64,000 nucleotides of DNA from Eledone cirrhosa (taxonomy: Eukaryota): positions 263,934,001 through 263,998,000 of the forward strand of contig OZ024740.1 in the NCBI GenBank assembly GCA_964016885.1, given 5' to 3'. The notes under the pieces are model-generated. The model saw nothing but the letters and a program-made list of their open reading frames with translations, was not told where the DNA came from and ran no database searches. Below, piece by piece: positions 45,655 to 56,190 of this stretch. A program made the translations under genes and the position numbers. The first letter of the stretch is position 1. Each line of letters starts with the position of its first letter.

Positions 45655-46175
45655 ATAGACAACAACAACAATAACAACAACAATGAGAGCTACAACAACA
45701 ATGACAATAACATTAAAACGCCGACCAAAGTTGTCCACACTGGTCGCAATAGTCGTAGTGATACCACCACCCTATTGACATCAACAACTAAAACAACAGC
45801 TACAGTAAAACACTTACAACGACAACAACAGTAACAAACGACAACAACAGGAAAAACACAGATCAGCGTCGTGTATGCAGGTCGTAGTCGTCACAGTGAC
45901 GGTACCACGTAGTCGACCGTAAACAGCGATAACGCCAAAGCAATAAAAAGGCGTTTAGAGGTAGGTGGTAACTATCACCATGACCATAAATAGTAACGAT
46001 AACAATGGCAACGACAACGCCCATCACCCCCACCGTTCGTCGCAGTAGTGGTGATATCATCTATGTCAGTATCAAACCATCAACAACAACAACAAAAACA
46101 ACACCAGTGATGACCCCATCACGGCGACGGCGGCAACAGGAAAAGAGCCACAGCATAAACTAACCACAATAGTAG
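45655..46175 (+). repeat. Degenerate (CAA/CRN)n low-complexity region
   Basis: Interrupted acaacaaca runs. Confidence 0.6.
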
Positions 46176-46219
46176 TCTGATGAAAGAAGGAAGTGAAAAT
46201 GGGATAGAAACATAGATGG

Positions 46220-46850
46220 GTATTTATATATATAAACAAATACATTCCGTGTTAATGCAATCCTCTCTATCTTTGTAAGGCACACGGCCAGCAACGATCT
46301 TAGCATTCAGTCTCAACCACAGTGGCAATAATACTATTAAAAGGGTTGTTAGGCCATGGAAGATAATTACGGAAAGCAAAAATAGGGACAGGAACAAATA
46401 GAAGAAACGAGAACACATATAGAGAATACAATAATAAAAGAACGGGACAAAAATACATAAAAAACAACAGTAGGTATATAAACAGAGGAATAGGAAACAA
46501 AGGGCAAGAAACAAGTACACATAGAGACTACAGGTGTGCAAACAAGATATCCAAGGTTCACCTGACGCTGGGGTTGCCGCGTGGCCATGCCCGGCTTCCA
46601 CGGACAAGTTTGCAAAAGTCTTCAACTAACACAACTACGTTGCTAGTCTGTACAGTTTGAGGAAGGTTCCAGAAGATCTGTGGAGGCAGCTGCTGGAGAG
46701 GTTACTCCTTTTATTGATAGCTTGAGCTCTCCTCTTGATTATTTCCATAATCTCGATGACACACAAATCGCACAAGTTATGTCCACCCCCTCTGTAGGGT
46801 TGGGCCGAGGTATATATGCATACGGAGATATAATTCAATGACAAAGCTTT
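46220..46850 (-). mobile_element. Penelope-like C-terminal fragment and 3' UTR
   Basis: AQPYRGGGHNLCDLC..EII..INKRSNLSSSCLHR..GTFLKLY, similar to 40489-40752. Confidence 0.7.
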
Positions 46851-46949
46851 CCTCATTTAAGTTAACACAAATACAGTAATGCTGAAATATGTAGCTAGAT
46901 AACAAATATTTGTTATAATAGATCAGTCAACAGGGAGACAATCCACACG

Positions 46950-47900
46950 GAGCAATCAGAAACAAATCAAATTCCAAGTGCTAACCAATGAGTCCGAACA
47001 TGGAAGAGCCGAACTACCATTGTCATCACCCCCATCTCTCTCGCCCTCCACATCTCTCTGTATTATGAACAAATGGGGTTCCACGTGCTGGCCGCCCCAC
47101 AGCCCCGGCGGACGGAATGGAGAAGGCGTTTCCCCAGACGATGAAGAGGGAGATGCGCTGCAAGAGCCATTCCATCTCGCGAGGCTCACACCTGCGGCTG
47201 GCCAGCTGATCTCCTATGGTTGTTAGTAGGGAGTTTGCTCTAGAGCAAAGGACACAAGACGTCGTCAATGCCATGGGCACGACCGCAAACCTGTCGAAGA
47301 GTGACAGGTAGTTGGGGAGTTTGCCCTCCTCAGCCCTGGGTTATACGCAGAATGCACCAGGTTGCGGCTGGAAAAAGTGTCACTACAAGGGGCATCCTGC
47401 AAGGGGCACCACCGAGCGGGAAGATGGCCATACCGTCTGGCTTTATACCTCCCCCTCGCTCCAGACGCACATGCTCGAGCTGGGAGAGGAAGCCTGCAGC
47501 ATCCAGTCCATGCTTTATGACCTCGATGAGAGCAGCATGGCCTGGAAGGTGGCCGGTACTGTAGCGACAGGAAAGTGGGTGGAGACCGAAAGACTCTACG
47601 TTGGATCCACAGTGATATTTGTGTGGCTCGCAGATCCGGAGGCCAACCCTCAGGGAAACGCCGATGAGCAGGCTATCGTTGTATAGCTGCGTTCCAGTGC
47701 AGAAGGAAGGTAAGGAGCCAGCCACCACTGTGGAGTTTGAAGGCCGCGCTAAAACAGGCAAGGTGGTGCTGGTCGAGCTGGCACGTTAGCCTGTCCGAGG
47801 CCAGGTTGCACTGAGTGGCATCCCAAATACTTTGGGGGGACTTGATGTCAGCAAGCGGAGATGGAGGTGGGATGTCTACTGGACTAAGTTCCAGTCGATC
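46950..47900 (-). mobile_element. CRE-clade-like non-LTR retrotransposon 3' fragment (zinc knuckle + RLE)
   Basis: VSLRVGLRICEPHKYHCG...GLHPLSC...KPDGMAIFP; EWLLQRISLFIVWGNAFSI. Confidence 0.75.
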
Positions 47901-48544
47901 CCATCCACTTTGACAACACCAAATAGCACCGTGTCATTTTTTGGTAAGGTGCGTTTCCGCTGAAGTTAGTATCCTCTCACTTCACTTAATAGTATATGAC
48001 TGTTCTAAAATTACTTTATACTAGCTAATGCAATGTGGCTGATGTTCAACTGATACTTTGTTTTTACCCTGTTGTGCTTTTATATTTTTTAAGAGCATTC
48101 TCGACTGTTTTGAAAGACAAACCATCATTCATGAAAACTACGAACTTTCATGATAAATCGCGCACAATTGTTTTGGATTTACAAAACATGAGTTTTCATG
48201 AGAGAAAGAAGGGAGAAATAGAATGCAAACTAGGAAGAAAAAGAGGGGTAAATAGATTTTGAAAACGATTATTGTTATGCATTGTGGAACAAACATACAA
48301 ATACACAGACATTTGTAAACATTATATTGATAATATATACATGTATGCGTGTCTATATATTATACACATATGTTGGTAACATCTATATATGTAGATAAAC
48401 GTTCTACGTTATCTTTATATATGTAAGAAGGTTGTTAACTATGGGTATATATGAAGGCACTTCGTTAATAACTTAGTGTATATGGACCTCCTGCTATATG
48501 TCTTTCTGTGTAATATTCATCATTGTTAGACAAAATGTCTTACT

Positions 48545-48760
48545 GCTGAATCTCCATAAAAATTACATTTAAGGGTACACATGTTTGTGTGTAGAATCCT
48601 TATCCTTATCGCACGCAGGGTTATGCTGTATTTCCCTGAGAATTACATTTAAGGGGGCACAAGTTGAATCTCCCTGAGAATTATGTTTAAGCGTACATAT
48701 GAATCTCTCTGAGAATTACATTTATGTGTACATATGCTGAATCTCCCTGAGAATTTACGA
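48545..48760 (+). repeat. Minisatellite, unit about 35-40 bp
   Basis: About five copies of (tgctg)aatctccctgagaattacatttaagggtacaca. Confidence 0.8.
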
Positions 48761-49387
48761 ATTTAAATATATACATGTATACACACATGTATAAATATAT
48801 TTGTACATACGCAAACACATGTATAATTCAAAATGAGTATATGATAGTTATTGGGAAATAGATTAAATTAATCTTGAAAAATATTTTAACAATATCCCAT
48901 CGCTTCTTCGTAATATTATAAAAATATCGGGAAAAAATTGATTAAAGTTAAGTGAAATACAGTGAAAAAAACAAAAGACAGAGAGATAGATCCTGAGGAG
49001 CGGTTTCAGACAATACTTTAATTATTACCAATGTATACAGGATTTAGTGTAATTGCCGGTCAACTAACGAATAAACAAACAAACTTCCTATTTATATCGT
49101 ATACAGATAATATTACACATCTAGAAAAATAATAAATTGTGCAGTTTATTTATGATAAAAACTGTATAAACATGATAATGTTTACACTAGCAATAATAGT
49201 TTGGTCAATTATATAGTCTATTGCAATATAATTATCGAACAGAAAACAAAAATGGAATGGATATGAGGAACTCGATCAGAATCGGGCGTTTACCCATGCC
49301 AATATGGAGGCGGACACAGAACACACATACAAATACACAGAACACACACATACACATATATATTCATTTTATTAAGGCTATATGGTG

Positions 49388-49438
49388 ACACCTCTTACCC
49401 TGGAGTTTCGCCTGTTTATCACAGAGTCATCAAAAATG
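49388..49438 (-). ncRNA. Decayed type I hammerhead with an inverted partial copy at 49443-49466
   Basis: acattt-TTGATGA-c-tctgt/gataa/acagg-c-GAAA-ctccaggg-TA-agaggtgt, followed by AATAAA. Confidence 0.55.
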
Positions 49439-49556
49439 TAGCCTGTGATAGACAGGCGATACTCCATATTTACAAGATTCTCTATTTAGCGTTAATAAAA
49501 TAAATTTGAATGTTCTGCTTCGGTATTGAGTACTCTTTTCTCTAAACCATATAGTA

Positions 49557-49822
49557 TTAGAAAAGGAAACACAAACAAGAGAAAGACATTTTCCCTTCAT
49601 CAGTTGTCTACTACGGGACACAGATCTTTCAGCGCATTATAGACAATACATCTACCCGTAGTGCGCCTTTTTTTCGTCTTTTCTTTCCCTCATAACTTGT
49701 TGATAATAAGTTAGGGCGCGCTACGGATAGATGTATTGTCCATGATACGCTGAAACGTCTGTGACCCGTAGTAAACAACCGATGATGGGAAAATGTCTAT
49801 CTCTTTTTTTCCCCTTTTCTAA
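49557..49822. repeat. Inverted repeat, arms about 110 bp, spacer about 45 bp
   Basis: ttagaaaagg..gacattttccc..cgtagtgcgcc / gggcgcgctacg..gggaaaatgtc..ccttttctaa. Confidence 0.8.
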
Positions 49823-49876
49823 CACTCATTATCAGTAACCACACAGCCTCGTCCCTCTCGATTTATATATATATAC

Positions 49877-50180
49877 TTCGTTTTTGAATTTTTTTTTGGC
49901 AAGATTTCTTATCTGAAAACGTGTGTTGAAACAGATATAGTTATACTTTGGGAGGGTCAGGCTGCCAATAAAAACACATGCACCTGTTGGTTTTCACTTC
50001 AATTTAATATACATTTCCTATTGGTTGGTTTGTTGGTTGGTTGTTTATATATTGTCAAAGCTCTTCGTCTCACATTTTGTGAACTCCTCAGTCACTATTT
50101 TTTTAGTTAATGTTTTTCCTTTGTTCTGTCCTAGAACATCTTTTTGTGTGTTGTGTGCTGTGTGCTTAGTTTGCGCATAA
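49877..50180 (-). repeat. Solo Penelope pLTR of the 6981/8391 family with decayed hammerhead (50053-50096)
   Basis: Shares gttatactttgggagggtc..ttcacttcaatttaat; - strand reads CTGAGGA-gttcacaaaatgtgagac-GAAgagct. Confidence 0.8.
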
Positions 50181-50220
50181 GGAAGTATAAGTTAACATTA
50201 CATAATTTACTTTTTTCATT

Positions 50221-50279
50221 ACTGTTGTATATTTTTGGGTGATAGCCACAAGTCACCAGCTATGACCTCTTCAGACAGT
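50221..50279 (-). ncRNA. Decayed hammerhead, paralogue of 42027-42081
   Basis: actgt-CTGAAGA-ggtcatagc...gctatcacc-CAAAAAtataca-acagt (GAAA lost). Confidence 0.65.
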
Positions 50280-50490
50280 CAGAAGCAACACATAGAAAAC
50301 ATAAAGTTTTTCTTGTAGAAAAAAAATAATATCAGAGAAAATTAAATTTTTAACGGTTATTTTTATGACATGTTGACATATACCTCTTGTTTATAAATTT
50401 ACTCCGGAGTTAACAGACCCTCTTGTGGCTTTCCTTTAGTGCTCTACCATGCATACTGGAGTGTTGGTGATAAATCAACACATAATCTGA

Positions 50491-50560
<70 letters not shown>

Positions 50561-50614
50561 TAGACCACCCGTGACCCGTTGGATCACGTTCACTTTAAAA
50601 TAATTTTTAAATAA

Positions 50615-51630
50615 CGTTGAACAAGTGAGGTCTCTTTTTGTGAAACTGTCCTTTCCGCAGCTCGTCCCTTTGATTGAGCTGCAGTTCTGAGACATATAGA
50701 GAGCGAGAGAGGGCCCCTGGCATCTGGAATGTTGCCATGTCCTCACTGCTCTCAGCTAGGTGGGAAATGCAGTCAGTGAAATTTCCACAATCGAGTTCTA
50801 TAGAGGAATAGTGGTGAGCAAGTACGACGTCGCACTCAGTGAGGCTCTTGTCATCGATGAAATCGAAATGACCCTTAATGTTCCGGATAATTTTCGAGCC
50901 AGGGATAGAATAACTTCCAGGAATTACTCACTTGTCAGTGTTAGCAGAGGACTCTGCCAATTTGAGATAAACTCTACTGGCACGGAATTTCTGCCAGGCG
51001 GACATTAGCGAGATGCGCGCACTACGACGAAAGCGTTTTGTACTCACTCTTCCAGTGTCCCTGCATTACTGACTTGTGGATTTATGTTGAACAAATCTTA
51101 TCGCGTGTTGTATAATGTTATCGCGTGTTGTATGGATCCACCAATCGACCGAGTTCATTGTGAGGTTAGCCCCGCCGGGAAGAGCAGGCAGTTTTCCATT
51201 CTCTGGTGGGGGTAGCGAAAGAAATTGCGTGGTGGACCATGTTGAAAGCACTGAAAATCGACAGTTATCTATTCAACCAATAGCTCATCAACTTTTTCAA
51301 CTTATACTTAGAACGGAAGATATGGGTGGGGAGAGAACTACTGCTTCTAGTACATTTGCTAAAGGGTGGGTGAATGTGGCGAGAATAGCACGTAGGAATG
51401 GGGCTACTGTGAGCATGTGCCTGTATGCTGGTTGTTTTGAGGAGGAGAAGGGAGCGCTAACCGGGTTGCCTCCAAACGTCGGGATGTTCAGGATTGGTGA
51501 GGTAGCTGAGTCCCCCCTATTACGGAATTTATTTCATTGTTAATTGTTTTGATAATATTTTTCCTCAATTTTATGTAAACCGCCACACTCCCTGCCTTTG
51601 TATTTTCCCCTATATGTCGGCTCTTGTGTT
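50615..51630 (+). mobile_element. Old Tx1/L1-clade 3' fragment
   Basis: Diverged match to 880-1680 (cagctcgtc..gagctgcag; tttgctaaagggtgggtgaatgtggcgaga). Confidence 0.75.
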
Positions 51631-51914
51631 TTCATGTCAACGTTCCAGCAGCTGTTACGTGACATCCGGCTGAAAATTTGGAGCGTGCTCCGTTTAATCT
51701 TCTTAAAAATAAATGTTTAACAAGGTTCAAAAATTTGGGCCCAAGGCGCAATTTACGGGGTCACCATAACACAATGCAATGTGTGGGGACCTATGAACAA
51801 TTTGTACCAAATATATAACAATAAAAGCAAAGTAAATACTTGTGAATCAACAAAACTTAAGAAACGACACTCATGTACGTTTCACAGTTCAAACAACAAA
51901 TATAGTAATAATAA

Positions 51915-52205
51915 TTGTTTCTATTTTTGGCACAAGGCCAGCAAATACCCAGTGCATTACTGGTACTTTATTTCATCGACCCCGTCAGGATGAAAAGCAA
52001 AGTTAACCTTGTAATAATCAGTTCTATTATAGGAACAAGGCCAGAAATTTTCGGGAGTGGAAAGTCGATTAAATCGACCTCAGTGCATTACTGGTGCTTT
52101 ATTTTGTCGACCCCGAAAAATTTAAACTCAGTTCCTAAAGGGGCGAAACTATTTGCTGGAAAGCATGATGTCCGACGCTATACCGATACTGCCAATCCAT
52201 CCCAC
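51915..52205 (-). mobile_element. Two tandem tRNA-derived SINE pieces
   Basis: ggcacaaggccagcaa..cagtgcattactggtac..tcgacccc repeated; head ..actgccaatccatccc. Confidence 0.75.
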
Positions 52206-52208
52206 TAA

Positions 52209-52210
<2 letters not shown>

Positions 52211-52289
<79 letters not shown>
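52211..52289 (+). repeat. (TAA)n target tract 5' of the RLE element
   Basis: Perfect trinucleotide run. Confidence 0.95.
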
Positions 52290-55200
52290 GGGGCCCTTTC
52301 TGCCCGTGTGTTTGTTTGTTTATGTGTGTCCGTATACAGCGTGGTGATAATGCCACACAAGGGCCAAGTGGGATGGCGGATCCACAGATGGCTATGTAAA
52401 CATACATTCGCCAATCCTCGATAAGAGTGTTTAAATATCGAACATAAACAGTTCGAATAACGGTGAAATGGAGACTAGAACGTCATGTGACAGACTCTCA
52501 CCCAACAGGTGCCCCCTGGCTCAGCAGCAGGAACCTGACTGTCAACCAAATACTGCTGATGTTGGAGGAAGAAGAAGAAGGAAAGGGGCCAGAACCAACT
52601 GGACGAAAGAATTGAATAGAACTGTTATGCAATGCTACCTGAAAAGTAACCCCAAGGAGAGGGGCTACAGGAGACGGATGCATAACATCTGGAACGAGAT
52701 TGGTTTATTTAAATTAGATGAACAAAAATTGGCCGGGCAGGCTCGGGTAATAAGAACTAATGGGTGGATAAGCGAGCTGGAACTGGAGGAACTGAGCAGA
52801 GAGAATGGCTTGGAGATGGCGGGTGTAGTATGCCAGACAAGCGAGCCGGCGGGAAATGAAGGTGAGGAGGTCCTGAGAACGGAGGAACCACCCGAAGCAG
52901 ACAATGATCTGAATACTGAGATAAATAATACCTGGAACAGAGATACGGCCACTGAGGAGATGAATGCTGACGGGCTAGGACAAGATTCGGTTGACATCCT
53001 AAATTTAGTGGTAGATGAGTTGAACAATGATAGTGGGAGACCTATGAACCTAAGATTTGTAGACAGGAAAAAGTTAAAAGAAACAACAGCTAAGGTAAAC
53101 AAAGTCATCCCATACCTTGAGGCGAGGAGTCTTCACCAGTGCAACAATATCCTCAAAGCAACAGCAAATACGGTGAGGAAACTACTTGGTATAAAAGCGA
53201 GAGGAAACAACAGACAAGAAAGAGCAGAGCCGTGGTGGAAGAAGCGACTGAGTGGGCAAATCGGGGAAATGAGAAATGACATAGGAAAGCTTGAGTCACT
53301 ACTGAATGGGACACTAAAAAACATAGGCACTAAAAATAGACTGGAAATAAAATACAAAACTAGGAGTAAAAAGCTAAATATTATCATAGAGGAATTGAAG
53401 CAACGCATTGTAGCAAAGAGTGCCAATATCAGGCGATACGAGAACAGAGTCAGTCAGTATAAACAGAACCGCATGTTCGACAACAACCAGAAGATGCTGC
53501 TTGGACAGCTTGAGGGGAAAGAAAGAGGCAACGACTTGATGCCTGGGGCGGAACAAGCTAAAACATTCTGGAGAGGAATATGGGAGCAGGATGTTAGACA
53601 CAATGCCCAGGCAGGGTGGATTGAGACAGTACAGAGGGAGATCGGTGAGCAGGCACAGCAACAGACTGATTTGAGTATCACAGTTGAAACTCTTAAGGGG
53701 CAAGCCAAAAAACTAACCAACTGGAAATCACCAGGCCCAGATGGTGTGCAGGGGTATTGGATTAAACATTTAACATCCCTCCACCCGAAGCTGACGGCCA
53801 TGTTCAATGACTGCTTGGTGTCGGGTGAGGTGCCAGAGTGGTTGACAAAAGGTACCACAGTTCTGATAATGAAAGACCGAATCAAGGGTAATGATGTTAC
53901 CAACTATAGACCTATCACATGTCTGCCCGTAATGTGGAAACTGTTGACGAGCATTGTGTCTGAGGAAATCTACCATCACCTCCACACAAACAACTTGTTG
54001 CCGGACGAACAGAAAGGATGCCGAAAGAAGTCACGTGGTACAAAGGACCAGTTGCTTATTGATAAGATGGTAATGGGGAATTGCAGGAGGAGACACACTG
54101 ATCTTGCCATGGGATGGATAGACTACAGAAAGGCATTTGACATGGTGCCTCATTCCTGGATCACCAAAAGCCTGGAGATCTTCAGTGTGGCAGATAACAT
54201 CAGACAGTTGCTGGGCAGGAGTATGGGGTCCTGGGAGACAGAGTTGACATCAACTGGAGTATCCTTGGGAAGCGTGAAGATCAAGAGAGGTATCTTCCAG
54301 GGAGATAGCCTGTCCCCTCTGTTGTTTGTCCTTGCCCTGATGCCCTTGACCATTATGCTGCGAAAAGTGAGAGCAGGATACAAGTTGGGAAGGGGAGAGC
54401 TTACCATCAATCACCTCCTCTTCATGGACGATCTTAAGCTCTTCGGGAAAAGTGAGAAGGAGTTGGATGTGCTTGTTGACACTGTCCGTATTTTCAGCAG
54501 TGATATATGTATGCAGTTTGGTATTGGTAAATGTGGAGTCATTGTGATGAGGAGGGGTAGGTTGAGCAGAAGTAACGGGATCCAGATACCAACAGGTGAG
54601 ATGATAAAGGAAATTGACTCTGAGGAAGGATACAAGTATTTGGGCGTTCTGGAGGCTGATGGCATAAAGAACAAAAAAATGAAGGAATTGTTAAGAACTG
54701 AATACATTCGGAGAGTAAGGAGCGTATTGAAGTCACATCTGAACAGCAGAAATGCCATAAGCGCAGTAAATTCCCGAGCTGTGTCTATTATTAGGTACAG
54801 TGCGGGAATTCTGAGATGGAATGTTGCTGAACAAAAAGAAATGGATAGGAAGACTAGGAAGCTATTGACTATCTACAACATGTTCCACAAGAGGAGTGAT
54901 GTCGATAGACTCTACCTAAGGAGATCTGAGGGTGGAAGAGGTCTTATCAGCATAGAGGACTGTGTTCAGATGGAGAAAAACAACCTATACAAATACGTGA
55001 CCTATAGTAAGGAGCCAATGCTCAGAGCTGTACTGAAGGAGGGGACAGTAGGCCAGGGGATATCCAAGGAGGAAATAACATCAAGGAGGAAGAGCAGCCT
55101 TAAGGGAAAATCCCTTCATAGTACCTTCTTTGAGAAAACTGAATTTAGAGATCCACAGACATGGAACTGGTTGAGAAGAGGAGACCTCAAAAAGGCTACA

Positions 55201-55934
55201 GAAGTAATGCTAATGGCTGCGCGGGAGCAGGCCCTCAAAACGAAGTGGTTGAAGCACCATATCTACAAGGAGGAGGCTAGCCCACTGTGCAGGATCTGTG
55301 GAGAGAGAGAGGAGACTGTGGCTCACATTGTGTCCGAGTGTAAACACCTAGCCCAGACCCACTATAAGGGCTGGAGACACGATGTGATGGGCAGGGTGAT
55401 CCACTGGCACCTGTGCAAAGTAAACAATCTACCACATTCTGAGAAATGGTATGAGCATAGGCCAGAGGCGGTGATGGAGAACAGTCAGGTGAAGGTGCTG
55501 TGGGATTTTAGGATACAGACGGACAAAAAACTGGAACACAATAGACCTGACCTGGTGGTTGTGGACAAAGAAAAAAGATCGTGCCTGATTGTGGATGTGG
55601 CCTGCCCGTTCGACACGAGAGTGCAGGAGAAGGAGAGGGAGAAAATTAACCGATACCAGGACCTAAAGTGGGAGGTGAAAAGGATTTGGAACTGCCATGA
55701 AGTCAAAGTGATCCCGATTGTCATAGGCGCACTGGGGACTATCTCCAAAGGTTTCCAGGGATGGTTAAAGAAAATCGGCCCCTTCACGCTTTTTGGAACG
55801 CTTCAAAAGGCATGCTTGCTTGGAACGGCAAGAACCCTCCGATACGTCCTGAATATCTGAGGCTGCAGGTAGTGGCTTGATATTCAATCCAACGGACTTT
55901 CCAGTTAACCAACATCAATGACTGAGATTCAAGG
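52290..55934 (+). mobile_element. Full-length R4/Dong-like RLE non-LTR retrotransposon (family A)
   Basis: About 180-bp 5' UTR, single intact ORF, 74-bp 3' UTR, (TAA)n on both sides as known for Dong elements. Confidence 0.93.
52468..55860 (+). CDS. Reverse transcriptase / CCHC zinc knuckle / restriction-like endonuclease polyprotein (1130 aa)
   Basis: KSPGPDG, NYRPITCL, IDYRKAFDMVPH, GIFQGDSLSP, FMDD, YKYLG, GGRGL; CRIC..ETVAHIVSEC; RHD, RPDL..DV..EKINRY. Confidence 0.97.
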   Translation: METRTSCDRLSPNRCPLAQQQEPDCQPNTADVGGRRRRKGARTNWTKELNRTVMQCYLKSNPKERGYRRRMHNIWNEIGLFKLDEQKLAGQARVIRTNGWISELELEELSRENGLEMAGVVCQTSEPAGNEGEEVLRTEEPPEADNDLNTEINNTWNRDTATEEMNADGLGQDSVDILNLVVDELNNDSGRPMNLRFVDRKKLKETTAKVNKVIPYLEARSLHQCNNILKATANTVRKLLGIKARGNNRQERAEPWWKKRLSGQIGEMRNDIGKLESLLNGTLKNIGTKNRLEIKYKTRSKKLNIIIEELKQRIVAKSANIRRYENRVSQYKQNRMFDNNQKMLLGQLEGKERGNDLMPGAEQAKTFWRGIWEQDVRHNAQAGWIETVQREIGEQAQQQTDLSITVETLKGQAKKLTNWKSPGPDGVQGYWIKHLTSLHPKLTAMFNDCLVSGEVPEWLTKGTTVLIMKDRIKGNDVTNYRPITCLPVMWKLLTSIVSEEIYHHLHTNNLLPDEQKGCRKKSRGTKDQLLIDKMVMGNCRRRHTDLAMGWIDYRKAFDMVPHSWITKSLEIFSVADNIRQLLGRSMGSWETELTSTGVSLGSVKIKRGIFQGDSLSPLLFVLALMPLTIMLRKVRAGYKLGRGELTINHLLFMDDLKLFGKSEKELDVLVDTVRIFSSDICMQFGIGKCGVIVMRRGRLSRSNGIQIPTGEMIKEIDSEEGYKYLGVLEADGIKNKKMKELLRTEYIRRVRSVLKSHLNSRNAISAVNSRAVSIIRYSAGILRWNVAEQKEMDRKTRKLLTIYNMFHKRSDVDRLYLRRSEGGRGLISIEDCVQMEKNNLYKYVTYSKEPMLRAVLKEGTVGQGISKEEITSRRKSSLKGKSLHSTFFEKTEFRDPQTWNWLRRGDLKKATEVMLMAAREQALKTKWLKHHIYKEEASPLCRICGEREETVAHIVSECKHLAQTHYKGWRHDVMGRVIHWHLCKVNNLPHSEKWYEHRPEAVMENSQVKVLWDFRIQTDKKLEHNRPDLVVVDKEKRSCLIVDVACPFDTRVQEKEREKINRYQDLKWEVKRIWNCHEVKVIPIVIGALGTISKGFQGWLKKIGPFTLFGTLQKACLLGTARTLRYVLNI

Positions 55935-55961
55935 AATAATAATAATAATAATAATAATAAT

Positions 55962-56158
55962 TGTTTCTACTTTAGGCACAAGGCCAGCAATTACCCAGTG
56001 CATTACTGGTACTTTATTTTATCGACCCCGTAAGGATGAAAGGCAAAGTCAACCTCGGCGGGATTTGAACTCAGACTGTAAAGAATGGCAAGGGCCGTAA
56101 CTCTATACGTCAAAGCATGGCGTCCGACCCTCTCCCAATACTGCCAATCCACCGCCCT
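55962..56158 (-). mobile_element. tRNA-derived SINE between (TAA)n tracts
   Basis: A-box-like TGGCAGTATTGG and B-box-like GAGTTCAAATCC on - strand; (TTA)n tail. Confidence 0.8.
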
Positions 56159-56190
56159 TATAATAGTAATAATAATAATAATAATAATAA

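Noticed and set aside
48545-48760. CRISPR-like repeat array
   Set aside because: Contiguous diverged minisatellite with no unique spacers and no cas genes, in eukaryotic context.
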